Positions 37,782 to 46,464 are shown, counted from the first letter of the stretch. The stretch: 64,000 nucleotides of DNA from an uncultured Alphaproteobacteria bacterium (GCA_903862715.1 CAIOYY010000003.1:1687-65686), one strand, 5' to 3'. Notes: a model not told the origin generated them from the letters alone. Numbers and translations: made by a program.

Positions 37782-39209
37782 ATGACCCGGATGCGGCGCA
37801 GGGACTTGCTCGCGGCGGGCGGCGCGGTGGCATTGTTTGCACCAGCCCTTGCGCGCGGCCAGATACCGGGGGGCGCGGAAACCATTCTTATTATCGGCGC
37901 GGGGCTCGCCGGCCTTACGGCGGCGCTGCGCCTGCGAGAGACTGGACGGCGCGTGATCGTGCTGGAGGGCCGAAGCGTTGCGGGCGGACGTGTGCGCACG
38001 ATCCGCGATCCTTTCGACAACGGGCTCTATGGCGAGGCGGGCGCCGCGCGCATTTCCGACGTTCACCATTTCGTTCTGCACTGGCTGAATCGCTTTGGCC
38101 TGAACGCCGTTCCGTTTTCCCCGCCGGAGGGACGCACGATCTTCGTCAACGGCGCGGTCAGCGCGTTCTCTGACGATCCGCGCGCGGGCGCGCTACTGGA
38201 ACCGGATTTGCGCGAAGACGAACGTGGGTTTCTGCCCAGCGAACTCGCCAATCATTATCTCGAAGGCCTTCCTGAGAATTTGCAGAGCACGGATGTCGAC
38301 GCCGAAATGCTTGCGGGATGGGCCGATTTCGACGGGGTGACCTGGCCCCAATGGCTGAAAAAACGCGGCGCATCGGACGCGGCAGTGCGGCTTCTGACGC
38401 TGGGCGCGGATTCGAGCGACATCTCGGCGCTTTATGTTTTACGGCAAATTTTCATGCATCGCGCGGGACGCGCCTATTTGAAAATCGAAGGCGGCATGGA
38501 CCGCCTGCCGCGCGCGCTGGCCGATGAACTTGGTGATGATGTCCGCTATGATTGCTGCGTGACGGCGATGGAGCAGACGCGCGACGGCGTCAGCGTTTCC
38601 TACCGCGAGAATGGCGAGACGAAAATTGCTTCGGGCGCGCGCCTCCTGATAACCTTGCCCTTCACGATATTGCGCGACATGGACATTACGCCCGCACTCT
38701 CGCCCGAGAAACGCGCCATCATTTCCGCCATGCCCTACCGGTCGTCCATCCGTTTTCTGTTGCAGAGCGATACAGCGTTCTGGCGGATGCGCGGGCTTTC
38801 GGGCGCCGCGCGCACCAACGCGCCTTGCGAGATATGGGATGCCAGCTTCGGCCAGCTCAGCGTTCATGGCCTGTTGTCGGTGACCGCTGGTGGGCGCGCC
38901 GACATGCGGGCGCGATTCGCCGAAATGGACGAACAGGCCCAGTTGGCGCTGGGAAGCGATATGGCGGAAGCGGCGTTTCCGGGGTTCAAGAGCCACTATC
39001 AAAAGGGCTTCACGCAAAATTGGACCGACGACCTATGGTCTAAAGGGGCTTTCGCGGTATCTCATCCGGGCCAGATGACGAGATGGGGTGAAAAGGCCTG
39101 GACGCCGGAGGGACGCATCCACTTTGCGGGCGAGCATGTTTCGCCGTGGCCGGGATGGATGGAAGGAGCGTTATGGTCTGCCGAAAGAGCAGTACAAGAG
39201 TTACTCTAA
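37782..39209 (+). CDS. Flavin-containing amine oxidase family protein with twin-arginine signal
   Basis: MTRMRRRDLLAAGGAVALFAPALARG. Dinucleotide fold IIGAGLAGLTAALRL...VLEGRSVAGGRV. The C-terminal HFAGEHVSPWPGWMEGA is typical of the amine oxidase family. Confidence 0.8.
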   Translation: MTRMRRRDLLAAGGAVALFAPALARGQIPGGAETILIIGAGLAGLTAALRLRETGRRVIVLEGRSVAGGRVRTIRDPFDNGLYGEAGAARISDVHHFVLHWLNRFGLNAVPFSPPEGRTIFVNGAVSAFSDDPRAGALLEPDLREDERGFLPSELANHYLEGLPENLQSTDVDAEMLAGWADFDGVTWPQWLKKRGASDAAVRLLTLGADSSDISALYVLRQIFMHRAGRAYLKIEGGMDRLPRALADELGDDVRYDCCVTAMEQTRDGVSVSYRENGETKIASGARLLITLPFTILRDMDITPALSPEKRAIISAMPYRSSIRFLLQSDTAFWRMRGLSGAARTNAPCEIWDASFGQLSVHGLLSVTAGGRADMRARFAEMDEQAQLALGSDMAEAAFPGFKSHYQKGFTQNWTDDLWSKGAFAVSHPGQMTRWGEKAWTPEGRIHFAGEHVSPWPGWMEGALWSAERAVQELL

Positions 39210-39229
39210 AGGCCCGATAGGGAGGGGAA

Positions 39230-39685
39230 ATGAATATCTTTTTGCTTATTCTGCACGGCCTGTGTGCAGTCGCCCTTCTGGGCGCGCTCACGCATCAGGC
39301 GTTTTCCACCGTATGGCCACGAAAACCGGGCGAGACGGGTTTTGTCGCGCGGTATCGCGGTGCGAACGGCGTCGGTTACACCAACGCGATTGTGGTGCTG
39401 TATATTCTGACCTTCGTTCTCGGCGGCTATATTTACATCTTCTATCGCATCGAAGTGCGCCCGCCGCTGGAAGTACTGGGCGATCTGCCGACCATTGGGA
39501 CATTCGAGATCAAGGAGCATTTCCTCGCCATCGCGCTCGGGATGCTTCCTGCCTATTGGTATTTCTGGAAAAGACGGCCCGAAAACAAAATGGCCCGCAC
39601 TGGCACCACGCTGTTGCTCGCCTTCGCCGTCTGGTTCGGCTTCATCGCCGGACATCTCGTGAACAATGTGAGAGGTCTCCTATGA
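39230..39685 (+). CDS. Small integral membrane protein, about 4 TM, His-containing, unknown family
   Basis: 151 aa, starting 20 nt after the oxidase stop. Hydrophobic segments at roughly residues 2-22, 50-72, 95-112 and 123-145. His residues at positions 9, 22, 97 and 141. Confidence 0.55.
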   Translation: MNIFLLILHGLCAVALLGALTHQAFSTVWPRKPGETGFVARYRGANGVGYTNAIVVLYILTFVLGGYIYIFYRIEVRPPLEVLGDLPTIGTFEIKEHFLAIALGMLPAYWYFWKRRPENKMARTGTTLLLAFAVWFGFIAGHLVNNVRGLL

Positions 39686-40029
39686 AAACCGAAACCATGG
39701 CGCGCGCCTTTCCCGCCTTCGCGGTCGGCTTCACGATCTATTATGCGATCGCCTTCGAATATAATTGCTGCTACCTGCCAGCCTTCACCTATTACCCGGC
39801 GATCAACGAGTTCGTGCCCTTCTTTGCCACCGGCAATGACGAAATCGGCCCCCCGATGCATTGGTATGGCTGGATGGTGAATGCCGCGCTGGCCGGGGCC
39901 GCTTTGGCCGTCATTTCATTGCTTTTGCCCGCGAAGGCTACGGAAAAGGCCTGGGGCGTACTGGCCTGGGCCGTGCCGCTGGTCGGCATGGGGGCAATGG
40001 TCTATTTCGACCGGCTCTTTTTTATCTGA
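39682..40029 (+). CDS. Small integral membrane protein, about 3 TM, unknown family
   Basis: ATG at 39682 overlaps the preceding stop (ATGA). MKTETMARAFPAFAVGFTIYYAIAF...WYGWMVNAALAGAALAVISLLLP...VLAWAVPLVGMGAMVYF. Confidence 0.5.
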   Translation: MKTETMARAFPAFAVGFTIYYAIAFEYNCCYLPAFTYYPAINEFVPFFATGNDEIGPPMHWYGWMVNAALAGAALAVISLLLPAKATEKAWGVLAWAVPLVGMGAMVYFDRLFFI

Positions 40030-40108
40030 AGTCAGGGGATTATATTCCCGCTGAAGTTGAAGGGCCAATATGCGTCGAGACGCACCGAGGCCTTACAGAG
40101 GTGACAGG

Positions 40109-40531
40109 ATGCGCAACACGGGAACGTTAAGGGGCCTTACGGTAGCGTTCGCCCTTGCCGGAACGGCAGCGCCCGCGCTGGCCAATGGCGGCGACTTCTT
40201 CGCGGAATTTGCGGCGCAATTGGCCGCAGAAAACGGCGTCGGCCCGGCCTATTTCGGCTTTGTCCGCGATGAGCAGGGCCGCACCGTGCAGGGCGCCGCC
40301 GTAACAGCCACAATTATGCCCAATGGGTCCGCCATAACAGTACGGACGGATGTTCTGGGCCATTACAAGGTTTCCGGTTTCGTCGCCGAAATCGATCCGG
40401 CGAGCGTCGAGATCAGCTGCTCCAAGCCGGGCTACGCCCAGGTTTCCGCAGCGCGGCGTCATACCCGCAATCCCGATGCGCCCGTGGAAACGGATTGTTT
40501 ACTGGCACCAGTGACCGCAGAGGCGTCTTGA
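40109..40531 (+). CDS. Secreted protein with a carboxypeptidase-regulatory-like (beta-sandwich) pattern, paralogue 1
   Basis: ATG at 40109. Signal ...AAPALANGG, then DFFAEFA...YFGFVRDEQGRTVQGAAVTAT...TDVLGHYKVSGF...SCSKPGYAQ...APVTAEAS. Confidence 0.55.
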   Translation: MRNTGTLRGLTVAFALAGTAAPALANGGDFFAEFAAQLAAENGVGPAYFGFVRDEQGRTVQGAAVTATIMPNGSAITVRTDVLGHYKVSGFVAEIDPASVEISCSKPGYAQVSAARRHTRNPDAPVETDCLLAPVTAEAS

Positions 40532-40572
40532 TCGTTTATACTGTGACGATGGGACGAACAGGAGTTACGACC

Positions 40573-41007
40573 ATGAGACACGGCAAGATTACAGGATTAT
40601 GCGCGGGCCTCGCGATGGCCGCTGCCGCCTTTGCCATCCAGCCGGCTTTTGCCAATGGCGGCGACTTCTTCGAAGAACTCGCGCTGCACGCGCTGGAAGA
40701 GAACCCGAATATGGGGTCGCCCTATTTCGGCTTTGCGCGCGATGCGCGCGGACGCGGCGTGAACGGCGCGACCGTTACGGCGACCGTGAAGGCAACCGGC
40801 GAAACCAAATCGGCCCAGACCAATATTCTCGGCCACTACAAGCTTTACGGCTTCGACAAATCGATCAGCTCGGACGACGTTGAGCTGACCTGCTCCAAGG
40901 ACGGCTTCACGCAGGCGAGCATGGTGCGCGAAGTGATGGAAGACCGTCCGATGCAGCCGGTCGAGGCCAATTGCGTGATGGCGCCGGTTACAGCAGACGC
41001 GTCCTAA
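40573..41007 (+). CDS. Secreted protein with a carboxypeptidase-regulatory-like pattern, paralogue 2
   Basis: ATG at 40573 preceded by AGGAG. Signal ...QPAFANGG, then DFFEELA...YFGFARDARGRGVNGATVTAT...TNILGHYKLYGF...TCSKDGFTQ...APVTADAS. Confidence 0.55.
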   Translation: MRHGKITGLCAGLAMAAAAFAIQPAFANGGDFFEELALHALEENPNMGSPYFGFARDARGRGVNGATVTATVKATGETKSAQTNILGHYKLYGFDKSISSDDVELTCSKDGFTQASMVREVMEDRPMQPVEANCVMAPVTADAS

Positions 41008-41029
41008 ATTCAGACCAAAGCGAGATGTG

Positions 41030-41059
41030 AAAAGCCGGGCCCTTCAGCCCGGCTTTTTG
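41030..41059 (+). terminator. Rho-independent terminator closing the 37782-41007 operon
   Basis: aaaagccgggc-ccttca-gcccggcttttt. Confidence 0.8.
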
Positions 41060-41202
41060 CTGTCCAGCGCACGGCCTTCTAGTGATTGTCGTTAACGCCC
41101 CTTTGCCATTTGGGGAATGCATGGAAATGCCGCCCCGCTCCGTGGCAGAGTGCGGCGAACGATAAGCCCCGACAGCTTCTCCCGGGGCGAGGAACCCGCA
41201 GA

Positions 41203-43458
41203 ATGACCAATGGCTTCGTGCAATGGCGGCGCAATGCGATCAGCAAGCGTGTGCTCACATGGTATCGCAAAGTGCTTCCGCCGATTTCCGACACCGAACA
41301 GGCGGCGATCGACGCGGGCACCGTGTGGTGGGACGGAGAATTGTTTTCCGGCAAGCCGGACTGGAAAAAACTGCGCGATTACCCCACGCCGAATTTAAAC
41401 GTCGAAGAGCAAGCCTTCCTCGATGGGCCGGTCGAAACCCTTTGCGGCATGATTTCGGACTGGGAGATACGGCGTGCGGGCGATCTGCCGCCGGAGGTAT
41501 GGAGCTTCATCCGCGACAACGGCTTCATGGGCATGATCATCCCGAAGGAGCGTGGGGGCCTCGGCTTCTCCGCGCTCGCCCATTCCGCCGTCGTGATGAA
41601 GGTCGCAAGCCGCAGCCCGACTGCGGCGGTGACCGTGATGGTGCCGAATTCGCTCGGGCCCGCCGAACTTCTGATGCGCTACGGCACCGACGCGCAACGC
41701 GATCATTATCTACCGCGCCTTGCGAAAGGCATCGAAATTCCCTGTTTCGCCTTGACCGGACCGGAAGCGGGATCGGACGCGGCATCCATCCCCGACACCG
41801 GCATCGTTTGTTATGGCGAGCATGAGGGCGCACGAAAACTGGGGCTCAGGGTCAGCTGGAACAAGCGCTACATCACGCTGGCGCCCGTCGCCACGATTCT
41901 CGGCCTCGCCTTTCGCGCTTTCGATCCCGATCATCTGCTGGGAAGCGAAACCGATCTCGGCATCACGCTGGCGCTGATTCCCACCGACACGAAAGGCGTT
42001 GAGATCGGCCGCCGTCATTTTCCCGCCGGACAGGCCTTTCAGAACGGTCCGACGCAAGGAGGGGACGTGTTCATTCCGATGGAATGGATTATCGGCGGCC
42101 AGCCGCGCATCGGCGAGGGCTGGCGCATGCTGATGGATTGTCTTGCGGCAGGACGCGCGATTTCATTGCCCGCACTCGGCACCGGCGCTGCGATGTTCTG
42201 TGCGCGCTATGCCGGTGCTTACGCCCATGTCCGCCGCCAGTTCGGCCTTTCCATCGGCCGCTTCGAAGGCGTGGAAGAACCGCTGGCGCGCATCGCAGCC
42301 TATGCCTATTCGCTGGATGCCGCGCGCAAACTGACCGCATCCTCACTCGATCTGGGCGAGCAGCCCTCGGTGCTTTCGGCCATTCTGAAATACCACGCGA
42401 CCGAACGCATGCGCACCGCGCTGAACGACGCGCTGGATATTCATGGCGGACGCGGTATCTGCGACGGCCCGAACAATTATCTGTTCGGCGTCTATCAGAG
42501 TGTGCCTGTCGCCATTACCGTGGAAGGCGCGAACATACTGACGCGCAATCTGATGATTTTCGGACAGGGCGCGATCCGATGCCACCCGCATCTGTTGAAG
42601 GAGATGGAGGCCGCCGCGCTTCCCGATCCGAATGAAGCGCTGGCCGCATTCGACAAGGAATTATGGAAACATGTCGGCGATGCGTCGTCGAATGTGTTTC
42701 GCGCCTTCTGGCACAATCTGACCTTCGGCATATTCGGGCAGACACCTGAAGTGCGCGGCATCGGCTGGATGTACCGGCAATTGCACACGGCTTCCGTCAC
42801 CTTCGCGGCGGTCGCCGATGTGGTTATGGGAACGCTGGGCGGCGCACTGAAACGGCGCGAAAGCATTTCCGCGCGCCTCGGCGATGTGCTCTCCGAGCTA
42901 TACATCATGAGCTGTGTTTTGAAGCGGTTCGAGACCGATGGCAGCCTCGCGGCCGATCTGCCGCTGGTCGAATGGAACCATCGCATGGCGCTGTACAACA
43001 TCCAGACGCGCCTCGACGAAGTGCTGATCAATCTGCCCAATCGTCCGGTGGCCTGGCTGTTGCGCCTTGTCGCCTTCCCGCTGGGCCGCCACAAACGTCC
43101 GCCTTCGAGCCGCCTGATGCAGGCCTGCGCGAATCTCATCTTCGCGCCGGGCGATGTGCGCGAAAGACTGACCGCTGGGATCTATATCAGCAAGGACAAG
43201 AACGACGCGACCGGATTGATGGAGACCGCCTTCGCGGCTGCGGTCGGGCGCGACATGATCGAGGACAAATTGCGTCAGGCGGTCAAAACGGGACGCAAGG
43301 CGCTCGCCGATACCGAAGCGCTGGTGGCGCAGGGCGCGCTGACCCGCGACGAAGCCGATCTGTTGACGCAGGCCAACGAAGTCATCCGTCGAGCCATCCA
43401 GGTCGACGACTTCGATCCGGCAGACCTTACGGCGCGGGCCGCCCCTGCGCCGGGCTGA
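41203..43458 (+). CDS. fadE: Large FadE-type acyl-CoA dehydrogenase
   Basis: ATG at 41203. ISDTEQAAIDAGTVWWDGELFSGKPDWKKLRDYP...EEQAFLDGPVE is the conserved FadE N-terminal block. It lacks the N-terminal TM region I recall for the E. coli protein. Confidence 0.8.
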   Translation: MTNGFVQWRRNAISKRVLTWYRKVLPPISDTEQAAIDAGTVWWDGELFSGKPDWKKLRDYPTPNLNVEEQAFLDGPVETLCGMISDWEIRRAGDLPPEVWSFIRDNGFMGMIIPKERGGLGFSALAHSAVVMKVASRSPTAAVTVMVPNSLGPAELLMRYGTDAQRDHYLPRLAKGIEIPCFALTGPEAGSDAASIPDTGIVCYGEHEGARKLGLRVSWNKRYITLAPVATILGLAFRAFDPDHLLGSETDLGITLALIPTDTKGVEIGRRHFPAGQAFQNGPTQGGDVFIPMEWIIGGQPRIGEGWRMLMDCLAAGRAISLPALGTGAAMFCARYAGAYAHVRRQFGLSIGRFEGVEEPLARIAAYAYSLDAARKLTASSLDLGEQPSVLSAILKYHATERMRTALNDALDIHGGRGICDGPNNYLFGVYQSVPVAITVEGANILTRNLMIFGQGAIRCHPHLLKEMEAAALPDPNEALAAFDKELWKHVGDASSNVFRAFWHNLTFGIFGQTPEVRGIGWMYRQLHTASVTFAAVADVVMGTLGGALKRRESISARLGDVLSELYIMSCVLKRFETDGSLAADLPLVEWNHRMALYNIQTRLDEVLINLPNRPVAWLLRLVAFPLGRHKRPPSSRLMQACANLIFAPGDVRERLTAGIYISKDKNDATGLMETAFAAAVGRDMIEDKLRQAVKTGRKALADTEALVAQGALTRDEADLLTQANEVIRRAIQVDDFDPADLTARAAPAPG

Positions 43459-43459
43459 G

Positions 43460-43484
43460 GGAACAAAGCTGGGCAATTGCCGTT
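43460..43484 (+). promoter_or_regulatory. EcfG-type (general stress response) promoter motif
   Basis: GGAAC(43460-64)-N16-CGTT(43481-84), 30 nt upstream of the DUF3309 start codon. Confidence 0.6.
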
Positions 43485-43514
43485 ACCTTCTCAACTCATG
43501 AGAGGGCCAACCGC

Positions 43515-43670
43515 ATGTTAAGCACTATCCTTATTATTGTTCTTATTCTTCTTCTTCTCGGAGCTCTGCCCGCATGGCCGCATAGTTCAGGCTGGGGCTA
43601 TGGTCCGAGCGGCCTATTGGGCACGGTGCTCATCGTGATTCTGATCCTTGCATTGATGGGACGGCTGTAA
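43515..43670 (+). CDS. DUF3309-type small membrane protein (51 aa)
   Basis: MLSTILIIVLILLLLGALPAWPHSSGWGYGPSGLLGTVLIVILILALMGRL. Two TM segments around the WPHS..WGYGP core. It is hidden inside the C-terminal part of spurious track ORF 42972..43670. Confidence 0.7.
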   Translation: MLSTILIIVLILLLLGALPAWPHSSGWGYGPSGLLGTVLIVILILALMGRL

Positions 43671-43854
43671 ATTTTTTTTGCGCGCGCCCGCGGGTGTTTC
43701 TCCCGCGCGGTGCATTCCATTGATGTTTTTGATTATCGGGGAGGCGGCCTAGTTTGGCCGTCTCGTCGCTTTGGCGTAGCCTTTTGGAAGGGCGCTGCGG
43801 CCTTGCAAACGAGTGGACGGATGCTATGACGTCCCATTGCAGGAAGAGATTGTG

Positions 43855-46119
43855 ATGACGTCTCAAGACGATATCTCTCCGGTCCTTCATTCGACGAATG
43901 ATGTGCCCGAACGGGACAGCGATCCGGCAGCACCAACGCTCGCGGAGCGCTTTCGCACGGTACGCAGCGAGACCGAGACGCTGGCTGCGCCCTTGTCGAG
44001 CGAAGATCAGGCCATTCAATCCATGCCGGATGCGAGTCCGACCAAATGGCATCGCGCCCATGTCACCTGGTTTTTTGAAACCGTTCTGCTGAAACGTTTT
44101 GCGACCGGCTATCGCGTCTTCGATCCGAGCTTCGCCTACCTGTTCAATTCCTATTACGAGGCGCTCGGAAAGCGTCATCCCCGTGGCGAACGCGGGCTAA
44201 TTACGCGGCCAAGCGTGGCGGAGGTCGGGAAATACCGCGCGCATGTCGACCGCGCGATGATCGCGATGCTGGAAGACACCGCGTTGGCAGAAGACCCCAA
44301 GGTGGCCGCGCTGACCGAACTCGGGCTGCATCACGAGCAGCAGCACCAGGAATTGCTGCTGACCGATATTCTCCATGCCTTTGCGCAGAACCCGCGCCAC
44401 CCCGTTTATAGCCCGCATCTGCCCGCTCTCGTGCGCGGGGCGAAGCCCATGCGTTTCATCGAGATCGCAGGCGGCGTGGTTTTCACAGGGCATGACGGAA
44501 GAGGCTTCGGCTTCGACAATGAATTTCCACGTCACCGGACCTATCTTGAGCCCTATCGCATCGCGGATCGTCCCGTGACCAATGGTGAATGGATCGCGTT
44601 CATTGAAGCGGGCGGCTATCGCAATCCGCTTCTGTGGCTGGCGGATGGCTGGTCGCATGCGGTGGGCGGAGAATGGAATGCCCCCCTTTACTGGCGCGAA
44701 ATCAACGGCGCGTGGCACAGCATGACATTGTCGGGATTTCGCCCTGTAGATCCCGACGCACCTGTGACGCATGTCAGTTTTTACGAGGCAGACGCCTATG
44801 CCCGCTGGTGCGGAAAACGCCTGCCGCGCGAAGCGGAATGGGAACACGCGATGGCCGTGGCGGGCGACAACGAAGGCCATTTTGCGGGAAGCCGTTATTT
44901 CCGGCCGCTTGCCGCGCAGGATCATGGCAGGCCGCTGAAGCAGATGATCGGCGATGTCTGGGAGTGGACATCGAGCGCCTATACGCCCTATCCCGGTTTT
45001 GAACCGTTCAGCGGATCGGTCGCCGAATACAACGGCAAATTCATGATCAATCAGATGGTGCTGAAGGGCGGCTCCTGCGCAACGCCGGAAGATCATATTC
45101 GCCCGAGTTACCGTAATTTCTTCTACCCGCAGCAGCGTTGGCAATTCACCGGCGTGCGTCTGGCGGAAGATGTTCGGGTTGCGAGACCGCGCCTGCAGGA
45201 AGTTGAAAGCGATCTTATGACGGCGGTGCGGGAAGGATTGTCGGCAACGCCAAAAAGCCTCCCCTGCAAATATTTCTACGATGAGGAAGGCTCGCGCCTG
45301 TTCGATGCCATATGCGGACTGCCGGAATATTATCCGACGCGCACCGAGATTGCGCTTCTGAAATCCCTTGCGCCGGAGATGGCGGCGCGTGTTGAACCGG
45401 GCACCGCGCTGGTGGAATTCGGCGCAGGGATGGAGACCAAGGCCGAAATTCTGTTGGGCGCGGCAAGGAATGTTTCTGCGTATGTTCCGATCGAGATCAG
45501 CACAACGCATCTTGCGGCGCTGACCGAACGCGTGACGGCGAAATACCGCCGGCTGAAGGTGCTTCCGGTCGCGGGGGATTTCACGGTCGATGTCCGCCTT
45601 CCCGCCGCGATCATTTCAATGCCACGGCTCGGTTTCTTCCCTGGATCGACTATCGGTAATTTCGAACCGTCCGACGCGATCGCGCTTCTGCAATCAGCGC
45701 GGCGCATCCTTGGAGCCGAAGCGCAATTCCTTGTCGGGGTCGATCTCATCAAGGAGAAAGACGTGCTTCTAGCGGCCTATGACGATGCCGCCGGAATTAC
45801 CGCCGCCTTCAACAAAAATCTTCTCGGGCATATCAATCGCCGACTCGATAGCGATATCGACCTGACGGCGTTTTCGCATCGCGCGATCTGGAACGAGGAA
45901 AGGAGCCGTATCGAGATGCATCTGGTCTCGGCATGCGAGCAGACGCTTTCCATCGGGGGTGACGATTTCGTCCTGAAGAAGGACGAGACCATCCACACCG
46001 AGAACGCGCACAAATACACAGTCGACGGGTTCACTGCGCTGGTGCGTGACGCGGGGTGGGACGTCGTCAAAACATGGCAGAGCGACGCGCCGCGTTTCGC
46101 CGTTTTTCTGCTGCGTTAG
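43855..46119 (+). CDS. egtB/egtD: Fused ergothioneine biosynthesis protein: EgtB-like sulfoxide synthase (N-terminal) plus EgtD-like histidine N-alpha-methyltransferase (C-terminal)
   Basis: N-terminal part: DinB-type TKWHRAHVTWFFE, LGLHHEQQHQELLLTD, and FGE-sulfatase-type GDVWEWTSSAYTPYPGF. C-terminal part, from about 45180: LSATPKSLPCKYFYDEEGSRLFDAICGLPEYYPTRTE...FFPGSTIGNF...AYDDAAGITAAFNKNLL. There is no stop between the two parts. Start is ATG at 43855, or GTG at 43813 or 43852. Confidence 0.8.
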   Translation: MTSQDDISPVLHSTNDVPERDSDPAAPTLAERFRTVRSETETLAAPLSSEDQAIQSMPDASPTKWHRAHVTWFFETVLLKRFATGYRVFDPSFAYLFNSYYEALGKRHPRGERGLITRPSVAEVGKYRAHVDRAMIAMLEDTALAEDPKVAALTELGLHHEQQHQELLLTDILHAFAQNPRHPVYSPHLPALVRGAKPMRFIEIAGGVVFTGHDGRGFGFDNEFPRHRTYLEPYRIADRPVTNGEWIAFIEAGGYRNPLLWLADGWSHAVGGEWNAPLYWREINGAWHSMTLSGFRPVDPDAPVTHVSFYEADAYARWCGKRLPREAEWEHAMAVAGDNEGHFAGSRYFRPLAAQDHGRPLKQMIGDVWEWTSSAYTPYPGFEPFSGSVAEYNGKFMINQMVLKGGSCATPEDHIRPSYRNFFYPQQRWQFTGVRLAEDVRVARPRLQEVESDLMTAVREGLSATPKSLPCKYFYDEEGSRLFDAICGLPEYYPTRTEIALLKSLAPEMAARVEPGTALVEFGAGMETKAEILLGAARNVSAYVPIEISTTHLAALTERVTAKYRRLKVLPVAGDFTVDVRLPAAIISMPRLGFFPGSTIGNFEPSDAIALLQSARRILGAEAQFLVGVDLIKEKDVLLAAYDDAAGITAAFNKNLLGHINRRLDSDIDLTAFSHRAIWNEERSRIEMHLVSACEQTLSIGGDDFVLKKDETIHTENAHKYTVDGFTALVRDAGWDVVKTWQSDAPRFAVFLLR

Positions 46120-46147
46120 CGTTCTGGTTCCGGCTGGTATCGTGACC

Positions 46148-46172
46148 GGAACTTCGCCTTGGGCCTGACGTT
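46148..46172 (+). promoter_or_regulatory. EcfG-type promoter motif
   Basis: GGAAC(46148-52)-N16-CGTT(46169-72), about 60 nt upstream of the 46234 start codon. Confidence 0.6.
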
Positions 46173-46233
46173 TCCACTTCAGAGCGTTTGCGCGGTGAAG
46201 CCTACCGGCGCCCGCCCACCCAAGGAGGACTAC

Positions 46234-46401
46234 ATGAACCCGCCCGGACAAGACCACCACGACGCCGACGACGACGTTGTCCTGACCACCACCGAAGCGC
46301 GGCAGGGCATTACCTCCGGCCATGTGCGCACGGTTCTGGCGGCCAGCCTCGTGCTGGCGTTGATCGCCTTTCCGATCCTCTATTATTCGTTTTTTGGATA
46401 G
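46234..46401 (+). CDS. Small (55 aa) acidic protein with C-terminal TM anchor, unknown family
   Basis: ATG at 46234 preceded by AAGGAGG at 6-nt spacing. MNPPGQDHHDADDDVVLTTTEARQGITSGHVRTVLAASLVLALIAFPILYYSFFG. Confidence 0.6.
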   Translation: MNPPGQDHHDADDDVVLTTTEARQGITSGHVRTVLAASLVLALIAFPILYYSFFG

Positions 46402-46464
46402 CAGAAGGCTGGCGCCGAAGCCCGTGCCGACCTCATGACTTCTTCGCTGCGCAAGCTCAGATAC

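Noticed and set aside
44197-45510. 437-aa minus-strand ORF antisense to egtB-egtD
   Set aside because: It has no motifs and Arg-rich composition. The plus strand carries unmistakable EgtB and EgtD blocks.
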